Shown: piece by piece, positions 49,663-61,639 of the stretch
How positions within the stretch are numbered: position 1 is the stretch's first letter
Layout: every line of letters starts with the position of its first letter
Assembly: GCF_006345805.1 (NCBI RefSeq)
Contig: NC_043013.1
Location: 21,452,001-21,516,000 of the forward strand
Reading direction: 5' to 3'
Source: Octopus sinensis
Lineage: Eukaryota
DNA: 64,000 nt
Program-made: the position numbers and the translations under genes
The notes under the pieces: model-generated
Told to the model about the DNA's origin: nothing
Database searches by the model: none
What the model saw: only the letters and a program-made list of their open reading frames with translations

Positions 49663-50920
49663 CAGGGGCTGGACAAAATAATGGAAACACCTTAAAATTT
49701 CAAACAAATTTATTTTGATATGGGGTAGGACCACCTTTGGCAGTAATTATAGCTTGAATTATACAAGCTATGGACTCGTACAAAGTTTGAATTTTTACCA
49801 ATGGAATTTTTGTCCATTCTTCAACTAAAACAGTCTCCAGTTCTTGTAGTGATGATGGTGGAGGATATCGAGACTCCTTACTTGTTTTTCTAAAATGCAC
49901 CATAAATGTTCAATAATATTGAGATTTGGGGACTGAGGTGGCCAGATAAGATGTTCAGCTTCACTAGAATATTCCTCGTGCCATTCAGTAACAACTTTAG
50001 CTGTGTGAATTGGTGCATTATCATCTTGAAAGATTGCGTTTACCTCCGGAAAGTTCCACAACCATCGGATGAATTCGATCAGATAAAATGCTGAAATAGT
50101 CTTGACTATTAATTCTGCCATGAAGGGAAACCATTGGGTCGGCGGATTTCCAAGATATAGCCCCACCCACCCAGATCATCACAGATCCTCTTCCATGTTT
50201 AACAGTTGGAAGAAGGTAGTCTGGGTCAAATGCTTCTTTTGGTGGTCTCCACACGTATACTCGGTCAGTGGTCGGAAATAAGGTTGAAAGATGACTCGTC
50301 TGAGAAAATAACATTCTTCCACTGCTCTTGTAGGTTTTTACTCCAATCTAAACGCTTTGCAACATTTGTTTTTGAAAGTAGTGGTTTTCTGATTGCAGCC
50401 CTCCCGTGAAATCGGGGTTTGTGCAGCTCCCGGCGAACAGCTTTTATGGAAACTGGATTCTTGAGGTGGTCACTAAGTTCTGCAGTAATTTTGGGAGCTG
50501 TACTTTTGTGAACCTTTCTAACAATTTGCGTAACAGTCTGACGGTCCCTACCTGAACGTTTTGGTTTTCTTCTAGCTTTGTTTCAACGAGGAGGTTTTCC
50601 CCTCTTTTTCAAAGGCTGTCATTACTTTCGAGAGAGTATTTCTTCATACACCAAACATTTCGGCTGTTTTCGTTACGCTAGCGCCTGCCATACGAGCACC
50701 AAAAATTTGACCTCTTTAAAAGTCCGATAGATCTGTCCTTTTAATGAATTTTAATTATCTTTTTCTGATGATATCTGAAAAGAAACAACAATTTTAGCAA
50801 ACCATACAAAGCAACACTAATAATAAATCAAAAAACATAAAACTAAACAAGCTTTTGACTGTTTTATAGATATTTCAAAATTATGATGCTAGGTGTTTCC
50901 ATTATTTTGTCCAACCCCTG
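49663..50920 (-). mobile_element. Tc1 (DD34E) transposon, full length, transposase disrupted
   Basis: TA TSDs; 30-bp TIRs CAGGGG(C/T)TGGACAAAATAATGGAAACACCT with 1 mismatch; motifs RGQIFGAR..G, VIFSDES, FQDDNAPIH and WPPQSPNLNIIEHLW; contains stops and frameshifts. Confidence 0.95.
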
Positions 50921-51362
50921 TAGGTACCACTTCTTGAATTCTCGTCTCAATGTGTTTACACCTATCTATCAACAGAGAAGTTTTCTCCTTAACAAAACAC
51001 AGTGAATGACTTTCTTACGGGTTCGAATATGTCTCAAGCCTATTTGAACTAGTAACAAGTTTATGGGTTATAAACACCTTCCACGCAGCAATTGGTGATA
51101 TATATATATCAGAATTAAACAGCCGAAATCTGCGATGAGGGACCAGTTTCTGACTGAAGAACGAAGGCTTTGAATGACCCGTTTGTCTTTTTGTTCGTCT
51201 CTTCGTGTATTTCACGTTATTTATTTATGTAAAGGTTTATAATATAATATATAATATATATTATATATATATATTATATATATATATTATATATATTATA
51301 TAATATATATATATATATATACATATATATAATATATACATACATATATATATATATACATC

Positions 51363-51401
<39 letters not shown>

Positions 51402-51579
51402 CATATATTATATATATATATACATATATATATACATATATATACATATATATATATATATTGTTATATTTCGGAATGGTCATATTGCCAGTTTAGCCAA
51501 TAAAAACACACGCACTATATATTTGGTGTTATTTTGCTTCAGTGATATTTAGTTTTTACATTAATCTTAATCTTATTTC

Positions 51580-51624
51580 GGCCAAAGTTCTTTCGTCACA
51601 CTCCTGTGACCGCATCAGTGGTCC
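51580..51624 (-). ncRNA. Variant minimal hammerhead-like motif at the PLE 3' end
   Basis: GGACCA-CTGATGCG-GTCAC.aggagt.GTGAC-GAA-AGAACT-T-TGGCC: perfect 5-bp stem II, altered core (A9 position) and very short stem III. Confidence 0.45.
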
Positions 51625-52271
51625 TTTGTTTTCTTCTCACTTACTTGTGTCTCTCCTTACTAACCGTCAGCCATTTTGTATTTCTATTGTATGTCTTCAT
51701 TTGCGCATGCTTATATCTCTATGTGCGTCTATGTTTATTTAGTGTGTGTGTGGGGGGGATGCCTGTAATATTTGTATCTTCTGGTTATATACATTCTTGT
51801 AATTTGTATTTTGTTTTTGTTGTTGTTGCTTTTGTTCTAATTTTGTTCATGTGTTTACATCCACCCATTATTATCATTACATATGCTTGTATGTATGTAT
51901 AACAACAATATTAGTAATAATAATAATAAATCTAATCGAAAAAAAAAAAAAAAAAAAAGAATATACATATACATATATATATACATACATATACATATAC
52001 ATATATATATATACATATATACACACATATATACACATATACATATACATATATATACACATATACATATATATAGATATTCATTTCTATTTCTTTAATT
52101 ACCTGTGTATTTATTATGTTTGCAGGATCCACTATTGTCATATGTTGTGGTGTGCGCTTTTGCTCCATTCTAGTTTTCTATTCAGGCTAGGTTTATTTTC
52201 TATTATATGTGTAGCTTCTGTAATTTGTCTAATTGTTGCATCTGTTCTATGTGTGGACAATATCTTAATCT

Positions 52272-54500
52272 CTATGTTATTGATTGATCCCCCGTGTTCT
52301 TGTTCGGCGTGTTGGTACAGAATCGATGAGCTTTTACCTCCTTGAGTTGTCTCCAATGTTCATTCACCCGCTCACCAATGCTTCTTGCAGTTTCCCCTAC
52401 GTATGTTACTGTCTTGTTACTGCATCGTCCCTCTATACATCTTATACTATAGACCACATTTCTGGCTTTACAGTTCGTTTGTGGGCTAAATCTACATACA
52501 GTGCAATAGTTATCCGTACAGAGAGTTCTACTAAAAGGATAGCTTCTACCAATTATAGATCTGATAGGGTTGCCTGGCTTTTCAACAACCTTAATTCTTA
52601 GTTTAAGTTTATCTAGGGTCCTTCTAAAGCGGTACGCTAGTTCACCTCCAGGGGTGGTGTCAACGAACATGACACTCTGGTATTTATGGCTATCATACCA
52701 AGAGTTGGCCTTCCCTATTTTCTTTTTTGTCCTTTCTATAGTGTTCCATGACTTGTTCCTATAGAGTGGGCAAATCCCATTCCTATCATTACATAATATA
52801 TTATCAAATTTCTTCATGGCTCCTTTGTATACTCTGATCCTTTCTTTATGGCTGTAACCTGAGAACTGCATGCGGTGAATGAAATACTGTATGTGTCTCT
52901 TTAATTCTGTAGGCTCGCACATGCGTGACACATTTCTCATTATTCTGACGAGGTCTGCCATCAAAATATTGAATTTGGCATTGCCCGCAATGGCTGAGTT
53001 CCGGTGGATCAGGTATTTTGAGGCCATAGGTTTTGCATAGTATGAATGAAGGATTTGGGTTTTATTTTTCACAATTTCTAGCCAGAGTTCAGTGTCTAGT
53101 ACTGGTAGTCTATGGTTGGGGTGTTTAGTGGGGTAGTCTATTGTGACCTTAATACTCTGGTGGATGGAGTTAGCTATTTGCTGGATGCTCTCCATAGTAT
53201 TAGTTTCTATTACTATATCAACAGTACTCTCTTGTGGGGGTGCCTTTACTACTATATTGATATCATCAACATAGCGAGAGTACATGTTTACGAGTATGGA
53301 TTTCTGCAGTAGGCATTCTTTAAGCCTTCTGTCCCACCATACCATGAAGAGGTTGGCCACATCACCAGCGATACTAACACCGATGGCTGCCCCCTCGTCC
53401 TGGGCATATATTTTATTATTAAATTTAAATGTGTGGCCTTTTAGGGTAACTCTTATACTAGCTCCTAGTGCATGTGCGATCATTTTCTTTACCTGATGGA
53501 CATTTGCGGGGCTCCGTATGGCTCTGGTCCATCCGCGCCATCTTTCTATATGTGTCTTCCTAGCCATAGAAGTAATTGTAGGCGGTCTACCTCTTAAACA
53601 TCTACTGGGGCAGAAACTACTAAGATTATGTTTATCTAAGTATTCACTATTATATGTCAGTCTAAGTAGGAGGCCCAGTTCTTCTGTGTCGACATTACAG
53701 AACTCCACCTGGCTCTCGTTGATCATCTCCACGCACTTCTCCACTGCAAAATCTACGTCAATCGATGGGTATAGGGATACCACATCCATGCTACCTACTA
53801 TACATCCTGTCAAGTCACAAGTTTTGTTACAGTCACTGATCCTGCTTAGGAGATCTTCTGTGCTGTCACACACATCAGGTGACATCCTGATTATAGGGCG
53901 TATGATCATTGAGAGGAAGTAGGAGATTCTGTAATTGCTAGCGATATTCGCTCCACAGACTGGTCTTGTTGGTGGTCCTGCTATAGGGTCAGTAAAACCT
54001 TTATGGTCCTTGCGAAGTCCATACAGTGCCGGGATATCATTGTTCCAGGCTTGGAAATTCTTTGCAGTACGTTTCTGAGGTCCCAGAACAATTGTCCACA
54101 TCATCATGTGGGCATTGAGGACCTTTTCTCTCTCCTCATGCGCCTGTACAGTTGTTACTTTTGTATTGGCGATATGAGGTTGCATTGCCTGGATGTAGTT
54201 CGGTAAGCTGTCTATTGACATCCTGCCGGACTTATCCGTGGGAAGGCATATCACCTCTCCGTTCCTCGTGCGCTGAATGAGCTTCTGTAGGCCACATGCA
54301 GGTTTAATCCCTAGTTGTTGGGCATCTGTCTTATTCTGTCTCTGTCTCTTAATGTATAATCCTAAAATCTGTCTAAGTTTGGTCCTAGCTATAGTGAACT
54401 GTGCTTCCATGTGGTCATTAGTACGTCTTGGGATGTATACTCTTTGTTGAAGGGTAATGTTGTTGGATAAATTCGGTTCATGCAGTAAGTTTTGTCGCAT
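52272..54500 (-). pseudogene. PLE reverse transcriptase plus most of the GIY-YIG endonuclease (open 742 aa, frameshifted at both ends)
   Basis: YVDD is intact; upstream and downstream homologous segments lie in other frames. Confidence 0.85.
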
Positions 54501-56009
54501 ACGTTGAAGAATTGAGTGTCAAAGGGATGGGTATACATGTCAATGGTCTCTCTAGGGTTATCTTCATTATCGTTACTGTTTCCAACATCAGCCTTCCTAT
54601 TATTATTATCACCATTACCACTACTACTACTACTAGTATTCCTATTACCACCACAATTATCACTACTATCCTCATTACTACTTCTACTGTTACCATCACC
54701 ACTACTACTACCACTATTATTGTTATTACCTTTATTCCTACCATTGCCATTATTACTATCATCGCTAGTGATATATTCATTGTTCCTGTTTCTGGTATAT
54801 ATTTTTTTTTTTTTTTTTTTTTCCAGTTTCAGCTCTTGAGCTGTGGCCATGCTGGGGCACGTTGTTTATATTAGTGATGGGTTTTATGTCTGTCTGTTGG
54901 TCCCTGTCAATCCCCCTGTTGCGGTCGTTATTTTTGTTCCTATGAGTATTGTTATCTGTTTCAAGTCCGCTGACTCCCTGTCCAAGGATCCTGTTGCATT
55001 CAACTTTATTCTCCATCGTGACCCCTATGACACAACTTTCATTCGTGTCTTTGTGACTATGGCTATCTGTGTGTGTGTTTGTGTGTCGGTTCTCCCTATA
55101 ATTGTTGTTGTTGTTGCTGTTGTATACGATTTTTCTCTCTCTGTTTGTGTTTTTGTTTTTGTATCTATTGTTTGTGTCTATGCATACATTTTTTCTATTG
55201 TTATTGTTGTTGTCGCTGTTAGGGTTCGTGTTGCTTTTGTTGCTACGGTTGTTATTGTTGCGGTCATTATTGTTTGTGTTGTTGTTGCTGCGGTTAGTGT
55301 TTTTCGCGTTGTTGTTGTTGTCATAGTATCTATTTAAATTCCAACGTATTTTTGTGAACGACTTTTCAATCTCGGACAGGCATTTGATGGTATTCACTTT
55401 ACTATACACTGCATACTTTGGTGGTAGTTGAAGTATCGATATTTCATCTGGGTCCGTTGTTGCTCCCCCATAGATGTTCGCTTCATTGTCTTTATTGAAC
55501 TCTTCTGGTAGTAGCACATCTTCCATAATAATTCCATTTATTGTATCTGGATACTTCTGCTTTTCTTCCTTTGCGAGCTCATATTGACGTTTCTGTTTCA
55601 ACCACGATAACTTCCTCTTAAAATGGATATTGCATTGGTGTATTACATGTCTGTTTTCTTCATATATATATCCATTATTAAGGTTTTCTCCTTTCGTGTG
55701 GTGATACTTTTAATTTCTTTTAAAAATATACGTTTACGCTTCTCTTGTTCGCTCAGCTCTCTGTATATTCTATTTCTAATATTTACCATTAGCGTCCTTT
55801 TTAGTCTTTCCGCTTGTCCGTTAGTGAGGTCAAGCCGTTTAACGTTGGCTGTGACCTTGTTGATACATATCCTGGACGAGACACATTGTTTATAAAACGA
55901 AGCTGTTGCGTTGTCACAGTTTTCTTTAGCAACAAAATATAGTGTTCTTCAGCATCTTGCAAGCCTGGCTGTGGCTCACGTTAGTACGTTTAAATATTTG
56001 TTGTGCAAG

Positions 56010-56199
56010 ATTTTTTTTATATATACATATATATATATACTATATATATATATATATTATATACATACATATATATATATATATATATTATATATATACA
56101 TACATCATATATTATATAATATATATACATATATATATCTATATATATATATATACATACATATATATATATATATATAATACATACATATATATATAT

Positions 56200-56230
<31 letters not shown>

Positions 56231-56232
56231 CA

Positions 56233-56266
<34 letters not shown>

Positions 56267-56371
56267 TATATATATATATATATAATATATATATATATAA
56301 AAAATATAATATATATATATATATAAATACACCAATTAATCAATTTAGGGTAGCAAAAAATTCAATAGAAC

Positions 56372-56405
<34 letters not shown>

Positions 56406-56430
56406 CATACATACATACATATATATATAT
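56010..56430. repeat. (TA)n/(CATA)n microsatellite
   Basis: Directly visible. Confidence 0.95.
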
Positions 56431-56660
56431 TTATGTGAGCGTCTGTGTTTGTGCCCCCCCCCCCCATCACCGCTTGACAACCAGAGTCGGTGTGCTTACG
56501 GTCCCCATGACATAGCGGTTCGGCAAAAACCACAGACTGAATAACTACTGGGCTTAAGAAATAAGTCCTGGGGTCGATTTGTTCGACTAAAAAAAAACCC
56601 TTCATGGCGTTGCTCCAGCACGGCCGCTGTCAAATGGCTGAAGTAAGTAAAAAATAAAAG
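56430..56660 (+). mobile_element. SINE family C, 3' half
   Basis: CGCTTGACAACC...GCGGTTCGGCAAAA...GCTCCAGCACGGCCGC tail. Confidence 0.85.
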
Positions 56661-56735
56661 ATGTGTGTGTGTGTGTATACACACCTACATTCACACGCCA
56701 CTCCCACTCTGTTACTGAAATATGTTGGTCTTCAG

Positions 56736-56826
56736 CTTTAAACAAACATCCATTTGACGCCAGAATATCAGAAGATTCGAGCAAATCTATTTTTCATCCA
56801 AAGACAAGAATATTCGAACCTAAAAT
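56736..56826 (+). CDS. Candidate small gene, exon 2 ((P)LNKHPFDARISEDSSKSIFHPKTRIFEPK)
   Basis: ggtcttcag acceptor, weak GTAGAG donor, open frame, phase 1 to 2. Confidence 0.35.
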
Positions 56827-57623
56827 GTAGAGCTTAGAAACTAAATGCTGCAATGCAAAATAATACGATTTTCAGTATTATGCCAAGCCTCTCCACCTCT
56901 TCCATAGTCTGATAAATTATAACTGGATTTACGACCCTACAATAAAAATAATAGGACACCTAAACTTAGTTGCAGACATTCTCTGGTAGCTATCCATTTC
57001 ATCTGTCTTTCTAGTTATTTTTTTTTTTAATTAATGCCAAAATCTGTACACAACAACCAGTCACAATCAACACAGAACAGACAAGCAGCACATAAATTAG
57101 TCTCAAGGCTACTTGTCTCCGCCTTTTGACACCAAACTCAATGAAATTCCCGCCGTATTTTCTTCCTCCTACGACAAAACTTGTTGACACTACACTCTCT
57201 CTCTCTATTCTTGCCTCCCTCTCTACCTTTATCATTCTCCACTCTACACGACACGAGTCAAAGAAAGAGCCTGTAAGTGGTCACTCGATGTGCTTAAAAT
57301 AGCAGCCGAATTTCACTCCCTTCACATATCCTAGCGGTTTAAATAAAGGACACATTGAACGATGGAATCCTTCACGCACAAAATAAAGTTGAAGATGAAC
57401 AGATATTTAACAATGCAAGACATGGGTGAGGTGAACGTATAAACGTATATATAGCACTGGGTAAACGTCTATATATAAATATATGTGTTATATATTATGT
57501 ATATGAAAATCAAGTACAATGCAATCTCGAATACAATGCGATACACACCATCAAACACTTCTTGACAAAATGTAATATATTTTATCCTTTCTTGTTTTTT
57601 TCTATTCGAACTTACATTCATAG

Positions 57624-57664
57624 TTTGAATGCCTTCTATCACAGTTCTACTCAAACAATTACAG
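57624..57664 (+). CDS. Candidate small gene, exon 3 ((I)LNAFYHSSTQTIT)
   Basis: ttcatag acceptor, CAG|GTAAAT donor, phase 2 to 1. Confidence 0.4.
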
Positions 57665-57786
57665 GTAAATTAGAACATTTCTCACAAAGGTTTAAATGGC
57701 CAAGGCGATGTAAGGCTGTAATATTTATTCGTTACCCTAATGAATTAGTAGCGACCACAAACAATAAGTCCAGAAATTTATTTCAG

Positions 57787-57841
57787 CTGTGAGAGAGCAT
57801 TTACAGATTCTATACAACGTACAAGTGCAGCCTTCGCTAAA
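57787..57841 (+). CDS. Candidate small gene, exon 4 ((A)VREHLQILYNVQVQPSL)
   Basis: tttatttcag acceptor after a 122-nt intron; GTACAG donor; phase 1 to 2. Confidence 0.4.
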
Positions 57842-58256
57842 GTACAGCCCATTCATCGGGACCCGTAGATAGGTTCAGGGTCCTTTTGTTGTTTCACACA
57901 AATAAAAAGACAAGATTATTAAAACAACCATCTGACTACACACCTAACTCAGCAACAACTACACTGATAGCTAGGTCGTTGCCTATGACCCACTTGCCTA
58001 GCAATTTATTATCCACCTCCCAAGCAAGTTGTCTGTCACCTAACCCCCACACACACACCAGCAAGCTGTGTACTACACTTTTGTACCATCAATTCACCCG
58101 TCTGTTTTCTTTCCGTCATCCTATTAGGGTACCTATCAAAACAATTGTATCTGAGGAGACTAAATTAAACCTCAATCACATCACACTCATCAAACTACAA
58201 TTTTAACTACAATAGTCACGGACACCCCTGTGTGGATTATTATTACAACTATATAT

Positions 58257-58670
58257 ATTTCTTTACTACCCACAAGGGGCTAAACACAGAGAGGACAAAC
58301 AAGGACAGACGAACGAATTAAGTCGATTATATCGACCCCAGTGCGTAACTGGTACTTAATTTATCGACCCCGAAAGAATGAAAGGCAAAGTGGAACTTGG
58401 CGGAATTTGAACTCAGGACGTAAGGACGGACGAAATACCTATTTCTTTACTACCCACAAGGGGCTAAACACAGAGAGGACAAACAAGGACCGACAAACGA
58501 ATTAAGTCGATTATATCGACCCCAGTGCGTAACTGGTACTCAATTTATCGACCCCGAAAGGATGAAAGGCAAAGTCGACATCGGCGGAATTTGAACTCAG
58601 AACGTAACGGCAGATGAAATACGGCTACGCCTTTCGCCCGGCGTGCTAACGTTTCTGCCAGCTCGCCGCT
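58257..58670 (-). mobile_element. SINE family B, two complete 184-bp units
   Basis: atttctttactacccacaag occurs at 58257 and 58441. Confidence 0.92.
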
Positions 58671-58960
58671 CTTTATTACGACTATATCAACGTGAGTAAA
58701 TCACAGATAATGCAGAGCTGGCCGTTAGCAGGGAACTAATGTTTCTAGGTGGTCCCTTCTTTGTTAATACAAAGGTATTTGCGAAACGCTACAAAACTCA
58801 ACAACGTCGTGACTCCTCCCGCTCCTCCCCAAGTCAATTGAAAATTTCATCCGTAATAAGAAAGAAAAATCATTTGCGTTAACCGCAAACTCGAAAATTT
58901 AAGGAGATGTACTTGCATAGCAAGTGACCTGATCTGAGATCGTGTCCTGGAACGAAAACA

Positions 58961-59135
58961 ATTGCAGCGTGGAAGATGTTTATAAGCCATTCAAGAAACA
59001 CACAAAAACCGTTAGATTCACTTCAACATTTAAAGCGACGAAAATATTTTAACAAATTAAATTTAAATGTTGAAGTGAATCTAACGGTTTTTGTGTGTTT
59101 CTTAAATGGCTTATAAGCACCTTCCATGCTGCAAT
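58961..59135. repeat. Fold-back: 74-bp inverted arms (4 mismatches) with a 27-nt spacer
   Basis: 58961-59034 versus 59062-59135; the arm sequence is related to ~51065-51095. Confidence 0.92.
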
Positions 59136-59359
59136 AATGTTCAAAAATTTAAATTGATATAAAATAAAATGTAGCCATTCAGTGGAGAACGAGTTTCTTT
59201 GATGATAAGGGCGATAATTTAGGGCATGTTTCAGTGTTATAAAAATAACTGGCGAACATCAGCAGTTTGTCCATCGATTGGATATCAGTTTCACCGATAC
59301 CGACCAGTCTAACTATAATCTTTCACTTTAATAAAGAATTAAGGGTTGTATTTCTCTAG

Positions 59360-59393
59360 ATACCCTATTAATTACTTCTATGCAACCCCTTGA
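59360..59393 (+). CDS. Candidate small gene, last exon ((K)YPINYFYATP*)
   Basis: gtatttctctag acceptor; phase 2; TGA at 59391-59393. Confidence 0.35.
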
Positions 59394-59475
59394 GCATCCT
59401 TCGCACTTTTATTCATGTTTACCCTCAACTTTTGTCTTGTTATCACGATAAACAGAGGATACCATCACCACCACT

Positions 59476-59850
59476 GGAAGCGCAATGGCCCAATGGTTAG
59501 GGCAGCGGACTCGCGGTTTCGATTCCCAGACCAGGCGTTGTGTGTGTTTACTGAGCGAAAACACCTAAAGCTCCATGAGGCTCCAGCAGGGGGGTGGGGT
59601 GGCGACCCCTGTTGTACTCTTTCGCTCCTACTTTCTCTCACTCTTTCTTCCTGTTTCTTGTCCCCGACTTCCTACGCAACCGCTGAGCCTGGATGCGCAT
59701 TCATCCATCCGTCGATGCTCTCGGTGTCGGGGGTTGACCTGCTTTCTCTTCTGCCGGTCTTACGAATAGCAAAGGACCACGTTTCGGACTTCTCCCACTA
59801 CAGAGGCGCGATCTTGCGAGCTCTGGGACGAAGACCGCTTCGACAAACAA
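59476..59850 (+). mobile_element. SINE with a family A head and body but a different 3' half
   Basis: Tracks family A to ...cttcctgtttct (~59657), then an unrelated tail. Confidence 0.75.
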
Positions 59851-59869
59851 ACCACCACCACCACTGCCG

Positions 59870-61000
59870 CTGCCATCATCATCATCGTCACCATTTTAAC
59901 GTTCATTTTTTCATGCTTGCACCATTTGGTTGGGTCTTGTGCTCATTTGTCATCTTTTGCAGCTCAACTTCCTGAGATCAACCTTCACTACTTCTGCCTT
60001 TATCTTTCTTGACCTTCTTCCGCTGGTGCTTTCTACACGAATCTCCTGGTACTGCTTTATACATCTATCATCCATACATATTCATATGTTCGTGTTGGCA
60101 CAAATTCTTGCACACAACATCTGGTTCCTCTAATACCTAGCTTTTATGTCTCACTCATATGTATTTCATCCTTCTCTTACGTTTGGTGGACAACGAAAAA
60201 CCTGGCTGATGACAGTCAAGGCTGATCTGGAACCCAATCTAGGCCCCCATATCTACGGCGTTCGCCGCAGGAATAAGGAGTGGTTGGAGATCACCCGGTC
60301 GTTAGTCTCAAATCACCAGGTCTGGTCGGCGTTTGTGAGAGATGCAGCATTGAGGATGAATGAAGCCAGCTCAACCCACCCCGGGTGAATGCTGTCTCAA
60401 GATCAAGTCAAAGTCCTCTCTTACATTACGCTACACATCCATCAAACTATGATCACTTCGTTTCTTTCCAACTTACACCCACCTGCATTTAATATCCCCG
60501 CCTACCGCTGTCTCACTATCATGCATCATTGCAATTTGTACATAAGCGTCGTACAATGTTCCCTTCACTCGGAGAGAGAGAGAGAGAGAGAATCCTCTTG
60601 TCAGCAACCGGAGTGATAACCTCCGGAACTCTTATCACCATATTCTAATTCTGGTTACGATGCTTTCAGAATATTCTCCTCGGTTGCTTCCAAGGTCACC
60701 TACATAAACAGAAACTTCTGTCTCGTGCTTTCTGAGCATTGCAAGGAGTTCATATTCTCGATATCCTGAGGTCAACAGCTAATTCAGGCAAAGTCTTTAT
60801 TCACTATCAGCCTATCCTTCATTTCGCTCTCTTGTGCACCCGTAGATCATATTGCGTATAGCGTGATGAATTCCTACCAATTCCATTTCTGTATTCTTAG
60901 CTCGGCCATTTCTCTATTGGTTTCAGAATCCTGTCTTTCTTTCTGACTCAGGTTAGTACAAGGCTTCTTGAGTTATTTCGTTTTTCTTCTTTTTTTTTAT
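59870..61000 (-). mobile_element. Decayed RTE LINE 3' region, interrupted by a second RTE
   Basis: Minus-strand (GAT)n tail at ~59875 and decayed KLGIRG / EVVKVDLRKL ORF end; decayed sequence resumes after 60427. Confidence 0.55.
60184..60416 (+). mobile_element. 5'-truncated RTE (SR2/Perere-like C-terminus) nested in the older RTE
   Basis: GGQRKTWLMTVKADLEPNLGPHIYGVRR..EW...W.AFVRD...ASST* followed by a (CAAGT)n-like tail; TSD TCTCTTAC(G/A)TT at 60173-60183 and 60417-60427. Confidence 0.75.
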
Positions 61001-61294
61001 GTAACCACATCCGCAATTTCTTCTCTGACCCTTCCACAGTCTCTGTTATACAAATCCTAGTACACGCGCACGCGAATATATGCGTCTATGTGTGTGTATG
61101 TGTGTATACATACATTCGTGCATAATCTGTAAAACTTTCCAGAAGTTTATATTTTAAGTATATATAAGCATGTCCAGATATGCAACTATATGCATGAGAA
61201 GACATACATAAAACAAAACATACAAATCTGTACACATACATACATACGTACATACATACATACATACATACGTACATACTACATACATACATAC

Positions 61295-61445
61295 ATACGT
61301 TTCTCTCCTTGTTTTCTTTCTGTCTCCCTTTCTGTAGAAGAGCGTAGGCTCGAAACGTTAAAGACTTTTCTATTCCTGAGCGTTATACTAATACATCTGT
61401 TTGTTTTGTACACCACCTGTCTTCGTCTTTTGTTTTTTTCGAAAA
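61295..61445 (+). mobile_element. PLE terminal-repeat-like fragment between (CATA)n tracts, carrying a hammerhead-like motif (61328-61363)
   Basis: CTTT-CTGTAGA-A-GAGC.gtag.GCTC-GAA-ACGT-T-AAAG. Confidence 0.55.
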
Positions 61446-61639
61446 CTCCCCCCATACATACATACATACATACATACATACATGGTGGCTGCCCCCTCGT
61501 TATCGAGTATGGCCATTGCACGAAGCTTAATCAATGTTGTTATCGTGCAATGCCTGTGCAAGAAGATTTTTTGTAAAGTGAGGAAAGGCTGTGCACGGAG
61601 TCAATCCCACTCACTAAGCAACAAATTAACATCATCGGT

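Larger units (their letters stand above)
51470..56010 (-). mobile_element. Near full-length Penelope-like element (RT + C-terminal GIY-YIG), flanked by (TA)n tracts
   Basis: The coding region runs ~55890 to 52138 over several frames. The 742-aa ORF (54500-52272) has RPVCGA, GSMDVVSLYPSI, GAAIGVSIAGDVANLFM, YSRYVDD and NVVYSIRC...YVGETARSIGERVNEH. The endonuclease C-terminus (…[18 protein letters not shown]) is in the 52356-52138 frame. Outer boundaries are approximate. Confidence 0.9.

Noticed and set aside
52138-55601. Naiad/Chlamys-type (N-terminal endonuclease, selenoprotein-encoding) PLE
   Set aside because: The GIY-YIG is C-terminal to the RT, and the 742-aa frame has no in-frame TGA.
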